This document shows positions 52,168 to 56,662 of a stretch of 56,662 nt of DNA, piece after piece (positions within the stretch are counted from its first letter, which is position 1; the number at the start of each line of letters is the position of its first letter). Source of the stretch: Nanobdellota archaeon (GTDB lineage: Archaea; Nanobdellota; Nanobdellia; Woesearchaeales; CG1-02-33-12). The position numbers were made by a program, and so were the translations under genes. The stretch is taken from NCBI GenBank assembly GCA_018819345.1, contig JAHJQG010000040.1, positions 1-56,662 on the forward strand, written 5' to 3'. The notes under the pieces were generated by a model. That model had not been told where the DNA came from and made no database searches. It saw nothing but the letters and a program-made list of their open reading frames with translations.

Positions 52168-53448
52168 TTATTCTTTTTCTATCTTGGTTATTCCATTCAT
52201 GTATGGAACAAGAACTTTTGGAATTGTTAGTGAGCTGTCCTTGTTCTGGTAGTTCTCAAGTATTGCCCTGAAGGCCCTTGAGGTTGCAATTGCAGTGTTG
52301 TTTAAGGTATGAATAAATTCTCTTTCTCCATTCTTTTTTTCATACTTTATATTAAGCCGTGTTGCCTGGTATGCTGTGCAGTTTGAGTTAGAGCCGACCT
52401 CAAAATACTTTTTTTCTCTTGGTGACCATGCCTCTAAGTCATATTTCTTTGCTGCAATAATTCCAATATCTCCTGTGCACACATTCACAACCCTAAAAGG
52501 AATCTTTAATCCCTTGTAAATATCCTCTGCATTTTTCTGGATTTCCTCATGGAATTTCCAGCTCTGCTCTGGCCTGCAGAATATGAACTGCTCTATCTTG
52601 CTGAACTGGTGAACCCTAAAAGTGCCTCTTGTATCGATTCCATGCGAGCCAATTTCCTTTCTGAAGCATGCAGATAATCCGCAGAATTTTATTGGAAGCT
52701 CTTGTTCCTTTAAAACCTCATTCATGAACATTGCTCCCATTGGATGCTCTGCTGTTGCAATAAGATAAAGGTCTTCATTTTCTATTTTATACATAACATT
52801 TTCAAAATCAGCAAGCGATGTTACTCCTTCGTATGCCTTCCGGTTCATCAGGAAAGGGGGCTCAATAAGAGTATAGCCTCTTTTAACAAGCAGGTCAATT
52901 GCAAAGCGTTGCAAAGCAAGGTCTAATAAAGCTATTTTTCCTTTTAGGTAATAGAAACCAGTGCCTGCTATTTTTGCAGCTCTGCTAAAATCACCACCAT
53001 TAAGATGCTCTATCATTTCTCCGTGTGATTTTAACTTGAAATCAAATTTCTTTTTTTTGCCAACCTCATTTACAACAATATTATCAGTATCATCTTTTCC
53101 AAAAGGAACTGACTCATGCAGGATGTTTGGAATCCTCATTAGGTAATAGGTTATTTTTTCTTTTAGCTCTTTTTGTTTTTCTTCTATCTTCTTTATCTTG
53201 GATGGCAATTCCTTTATTTCCTTTATTTTTGCAGAAATATCCTTTCCTTGCTTCTTAAGCTTGTTTATCTCTTCTGTAACCTTATTTCTTTTTGCCCTCA
53301 GGGCCTGTGATTTCTGAAGTGATTTCCTGTATTCCTCATCCTTCTTTAGCAGGTCATCTACCCATGCAATCATTTCTTTCTCATGCCTTTTTTTCAGGTC
53401 TTTCTTAACCATATCTGGATTTTCCCTGATAAATTTTATTCCGAGCAT
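52168..53448 (-). CDS. serS: seryl-tRNA synthetase
   Basis: 426 aa. N-terminal coiled coil and class II motifs (FRKE, GIDTRG, NNTAIATSR). Confidence 0.95.
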   Translation of the reverse strand: MLGIKFIRENPDMVKKDLKKRHEKEMIAWVDDLLKKDEEYRKSLQKSQALRAKRNKVTEEINKLKKQGKDISAKIKEIKELPSKIKKIEEKQKELKEKITYYLMRIPNILHESVPFGKDDTDNIVVNEVGKKKKFDFKLKSHGEMIEHLNGGDFSRAAKIAGTGFYYLKGKIALLDLALQRFAIDLLVKRGYTLIEPPFLMNRKAYEGVTSLADFENVMYKIENEDLYLIATAEHPMGAMFMNEVLKEQELPIKFCGLSACFRKEIGSHGIDTRGTFRVHQFSKIEQFIFCRPEQSWKFHEEIQKNAEDIYKGLKIPFRVVNVCTGDIGIIAAKKYDLEAWSPREKKYFEVGSNSNCTAYQATRLNIKYEKKNGEREFIHTLNNTAIATSRAFRAILENYQNKDSSLTIPKVLVPYMNGITKIEKE

Positions 53449-53534
53449 TTATACACCTTATAAGTTTGTTTAAAGAGATTAATCTATTGAATATTTATTA
53501 ATGTTTTGTTTTTAAAGCATAATCAAGAATACAA

Positions 53535-55361
53535 TTACAACATTAATTTAATTTTCTCGCCTGTGTTTATTGCATCAACAAGTATTCTTGCTATCTTATT
53601 GTTCTTCTTTATCTTTATAAGGCCGGTCTTGCCTGACTTTGCTGTTAAGAGGTAATCATCATTGACATATATGTCTATGTTCTTATCCTTGAACCCCATA
53701 TCAAGATAAAAAACAATGTTTTTCTTTTTTATCTCTGTGTTAAAGTTTATGTTTTGGCCTTGTGTTTTCTTATCAAGCTCTTTAATGTCTATGCTCATTC
53801 CAAGCCTTTTTTCAATCTCATCAATATTCTTGCCCTGCCTACCTATAATCTTAGCAATATTGGTTTCAGGAACATATACAATGCATTTATTCTCTGATAC
53901 AACATCTACTTCAACATCTTCAGAATAATGCCTGAATGCCTGTTTTATTGTTTTTTCAGCAAGCTTGTCTGCAGGTGTTTTATAGTCAGATATAACTGGA
54001 ACAACAACTGTTTCCTCGCCATAAGAATAAAGCTCATATTCTAATTTATTTGTCTCAAAGTCATTCACAATAACAACAGGCCTTGCTAAATCAGCTTCTG
54101 TCATTCCTGTCGGCACTTTAACAACCATTTTCAGGCTTAAGACTTCATCAACAAAACCATTTTTTATGAATATTACAGTATCTATGACCTGAGGTATAAC
54201 ACCTAATTCAATCCTTCCAACAAAGCGCTGGATTGCATCTATTGGATTTGTTGCATGGACAACTCCTGCCAAGCCAATTCCAGATAATCTTAAGTCAGCA
54301 AAAAGCTGGAAATCAGAGGTGTTTCTCATCTCATCAAAGATTGTGTAGTCTGGCCTTGACAAAAGCAGGACATCATGGATTTCCTGGGCACTTCCGTGAG
54401 AAATTGCATACTGTGTTATATTATCTGACAACACTAAATCACGGGGCGCTTCTATTGTTTTCACAATCTTGTCCTTTTCTGAATAGAATTTGGCTAAAGC
54501 CTGTGCAAAGGTTGATTTTCCCATGCCAGGAGAGCCAGCAATTAAAATTCCCTCTGCCTGCTCTGCAATTCTTTGCTTTAATTTTTCAGATAATTTATAA
54601 TCTTCTAATAAAAGTGTTTTAACTGGCCTTACAGCTGTTATTTCCCAGCCATCTGAAAATGGGGGCTTTGTTATAACAATCCTGAACTTTCCAATCTGGG
54701 CTATTGTTGAGCCAGCTCTTTCTATCTCTATAAAAGCATCTCTTGCTATTGTTGATTCCTCAATTATTTCCCTGCTTATGTCTTTTATATCTTCTCTTGT
54801 GAGTTCTGTTTTTTCAACAGCAACAAATTTCCATTTTCCAGGAGTGCCTTTTTTTGCATATGGAACAACATTTTCCCTAAGATGAACACTCATTGTTGTT
54901 TCATCAAAGAACTTCTCAAGCTTTAGTTTTTTGAAAAGCTTTTTTATCTCAATAAAAATAGTTTGAATGTCTTTTGCCTCTGCAACCCTTGCCTGTGTTT
55001 TGTCAGATGTCATTAAGCTTGCATTCTCATTATAAGCAAGCTCTCTTATCAATGAATCAATCTCGCCAAGGCGTGCATATTTTATTTCGTAAGCATTCGG
55101 TCTTTTTCCAGCAAACTCAAGACTAAACCCAAGTTTTTTTGAAAGCTCTCTTATTTTGTTTAGTTCTTCAAGGCCAATAACTCCCGTTTCTTTATTTTGA
55201 TTTGCCTGATGCTCAAGCTCTGCAAGAACTGCCTCGTGTATAATAATAGATTTTGTAATTATCTCTTTTTTTTCTATCTTTGAAGATACAAGGCCCTCTA
55301 TTATAACAGAAGTGTCAGGAACAAGTTTTTCAATATTAATTGCTTTTTTCTTCATATTCAT
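53535..55361 (-). CDS. PIN-domain / PilT-like ATPase / KH-domain protein (COG1855-type)
   Basis: 608 aa. VPDTSVIIEG, AGSPGMGKSTFAQALA and IIGRQGKNIDEIEKRLG. Confidence 0.8.
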   Translation of the reverse strand: MNMKKKAINIEKLVPDTSVIIEGLVSSKIEKKEIITKSIIIHEAVLAELEHQANQNKETGVIGLEELNKIRELSKKLGFSLEFAGKRPNAYEIKYARLGEIDSLIRELAYNENASLMTSDKTQARVAEAKDIQTIFIEIKKLFKKLKLEKFFDETTMSVHLRENVVPYAKKGTPGKWKFVAVEKTELTREDIKDISREIIEESTIARDAFIEIERAGSTIAQIGKFRIVITKPPFSDGWEITAVRPVKTLLLEDYKLSEKLKQRIAEQAEGILIAGSPGMGKSTFAQALAKFYSEKDKIVKTIEAPRDLVLSDNITQYAISHGSAQEIHDVLLLSRPDYTIFDEMRNTSDFQLFADLRLSGIGLAGVVHATNPIDAIQRFVGRIELGVIPQVIDTVIFIKNGFVDEVLSLKMVVKVPTGMTEADLARPVVIVNDFETNKLEYELYSYGEETVVVPVISDYKTPADKLAEKTIKQAFRHYSEDVEVDVVSENKCIVYVPETNIAKIIGRQGKNIDEIEKRLGMSIDIKELDKKTQGQNINFNTEIKKKNIVFYLDMGFKDKNIDIYVNDDYLLTAKSGKTGLIKIKKNNKIARILVDAINTGEKIKLML

Positions 55362-55455
55362 AATAAGAACAAGTCTGATTTATTTAAAGGTTTTGTTAAT
55401 TAAAAGAAGGGATTATCATATGTTTTTTATTATTTACTCATGTAAGTTATATCCT

Positions 55456-55662
55456 TCAACCCTTGCTTATTTCAAACACAACTTTTACTATTGCAGCTAT
55501 TGAAAAGAACATAACAATAAGATTTTCTATTCCATTGGGCATGCCAAGGTCAAATATCAAAGTTCCTTTCTTAAACTGGGCATAGCTTACAAAAAAGACA
55601 GCTACAAATACCAGTAGCAAAACAACTAAGGTCCTTATGGTTCTTTTTCTATAATGGTTCAT
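55456..55662 (-). CDS. small 2-TM membrane protein
   Basis: The start was moved to MNHYRK (GAGGT lies upstream), which avoids overlap with the upstream gene. Confidence 0.4.
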   Translation of the reverse strand: MNHYRKRTIRTLVVLLLVFVAVFFVSYAQFKKGTLIFDLGMPNGIENLIVMFFSIAAIVKVVFEISKG

Positions 55663-55672
55663 TTTCCAAACC

Positions 55673-56662
55673 TCATTTAAGGTAAATATTGTGCTGCTTC
55701 CTCCAGTGAAACATAAAATCATCCTCTGTGTCTTCTATTGAGTCCTTGACAAATTCAGTTATCTCAGCTATTTTTGAGCTCATCTCATCTGCATAATAAA
55801 TAACAACTGCCTCTGGGAACATTGGCTGTTTAGGTGAACCATATTCTGTTTTTCCATGATGGCTGACTATTATGTGAAGCAGTTTATTTTTTAAATTACT
55901 GCCAAGGCCAAGCTTATCCATTTTATTTGAAACAAAGATAGAGCTTAGGACAATATGGCCAACCAGCTGTCCTGAATCAGAGCCCTTAATACGTGAGGTC
56001 ATCTCAAGCTCATCTAGTTTTCCTATGTCATGCAACAATGCTCCTGCAATCAGCAAATCCTTGTCTAAAACAGGGAATAAATCAAAGCTTAAAAGAGAAT
56101 ATTTTAAGACCTCTAAAGTATGCTCCAATAATCCACCTATCCAGTTATGGTGTATTTCAATTGCGCCTGGATGCATCTTAAACTTTGCTTCCATAGCAGG
56201 CTCATTAAATACATCTTCCAGTAATTTTTTTATATCTGGATTTTTAACCTCATCAATAGCTTCCCTTAATTCAGAATACATATCATCAACATTTTTTCTT
56301 GCTGGCTTGATGAAATCAGTTTTGTCATACTCATCTTCTTTTAATGGCTCAATTATAAATGGCTCATTGGTTGTTAGCTGAAGTTTTCCACTATAAACAG
56401 AAACCTTTCCCTGCACATGAACAACAGAATCTGCTTTTATTGAGTTATAAAGTGCTCTGACTTTTTTCTCATCCTGGCTTCCCCAATACCTGTAATCAAG
56501 GGTTTTTCCGCTACTATCTGATAAAATAAGCTGAAAAAAGAACCCCTTGGCATAGGATGACATTGCTTTCTTTATCTTTACAACAAAGACATCATCTACT
56601 TTATCCCCGTCATTTAATGCTGAAACTGGCTGTTTCTTTTTATATTTAATATACAACACCCC
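55673..56662 (-). CDS. OB-fold + HD-domain phosphohydrolase (YhaM-like 3'-5' exoribonuclease), 5' end at or beyond the window edge
   Basis: OB region (VVKIKK...GKLQL). HD region HTLEVL...LLHDIGK...SHHGKTEYGSP. The frame is open to position 56662. Confidence 0.75.
   Translation of the reverse strand, partial: GVLYIKYKKKQPVSALNDGDKVDDVFVVKIKKAMSSYAKGFFFQLILSDSSGKTLDYRYWGSQDEKKVRALYNSIKADSVVHVQGKVSVYSGKLQLTTNEPFIIEPLKEDEYDKTDFIKPARKNVDDMYSELREAIDEVKNPDIKKLLEDVFNEPAMEAKFKMHPGAIEIHHNWIGGLLEHTLEVLKYSLLSFDLFPVLDKDLLIAGALLHDIGKLDELEMTSRIKGSDSGQLVGHIVLSSIFVSNKMDKLGLGSNLKNKLLHIIVSHHGKTEYGSPKQPMFPEAVVIYYADEMSSKIAEITEFVKDSIEDTEDDFMFHWRKQHNIYLK

Overview
Visibly AT-rich archaeal chromosome segment. Archaeal markers are TBP, Orc1/Cdc6, GatD/GatE, Elp3, RtcB plus archease, a PIN-KH ATPase and a BHB-intron tRNA. 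GGAGGT-type ribosome-binding sites and tight gene packing fit a DPANN-like (Woese/Pacearchaeota-type) genome, but that placement is inference. No searches were run: every product call rests on motifs read from the supplied translations and on memory of the families.

Most of the window is housekeeping: gatD-udk-gatE, ppdK, lysS, truD, adk, trxB redox cluster, NSUN, elp3, pyrH, porGDAB, tbp, archease-rtcB, tsaC, cdc6, serS and three tRNAs.

An accessory island at about 8.6-19 kb holds:
- two Schlafen/AlbA_2-HATPase_c_4 (COG2865-like) genes, each followed by orphan C-terminal cassettes;
- an AbiEi/AbiEii-like pair;
- two paralogous HEPN-like plus nucleotidyltransferase operons;
- two unknown genes.
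Three families of 60-100 bp intergenic repeats punctuate the island. No integrase, transposase, CRISPR array or rRNA was seen.

Strongest observations:
1. A 30-nt bulge-helix-bulge element with two in-frame stops interrupts porA exactly where excision restores the conserved N-terminus.
2. tRNA-Arg(CCU) carries a 90-nt T-loop (59/60) intron with a textbook BHB.
3. The COG2865 genes show an orphan C-terminal cassette architecture built on a repeat about 96 percent identical between its two copies.
4. Paralogous toxin-antitoxin-like operons share a promoter core but carry different palindromic operators.
5. Two otherwise intact genes carry in-frame TAG codons.
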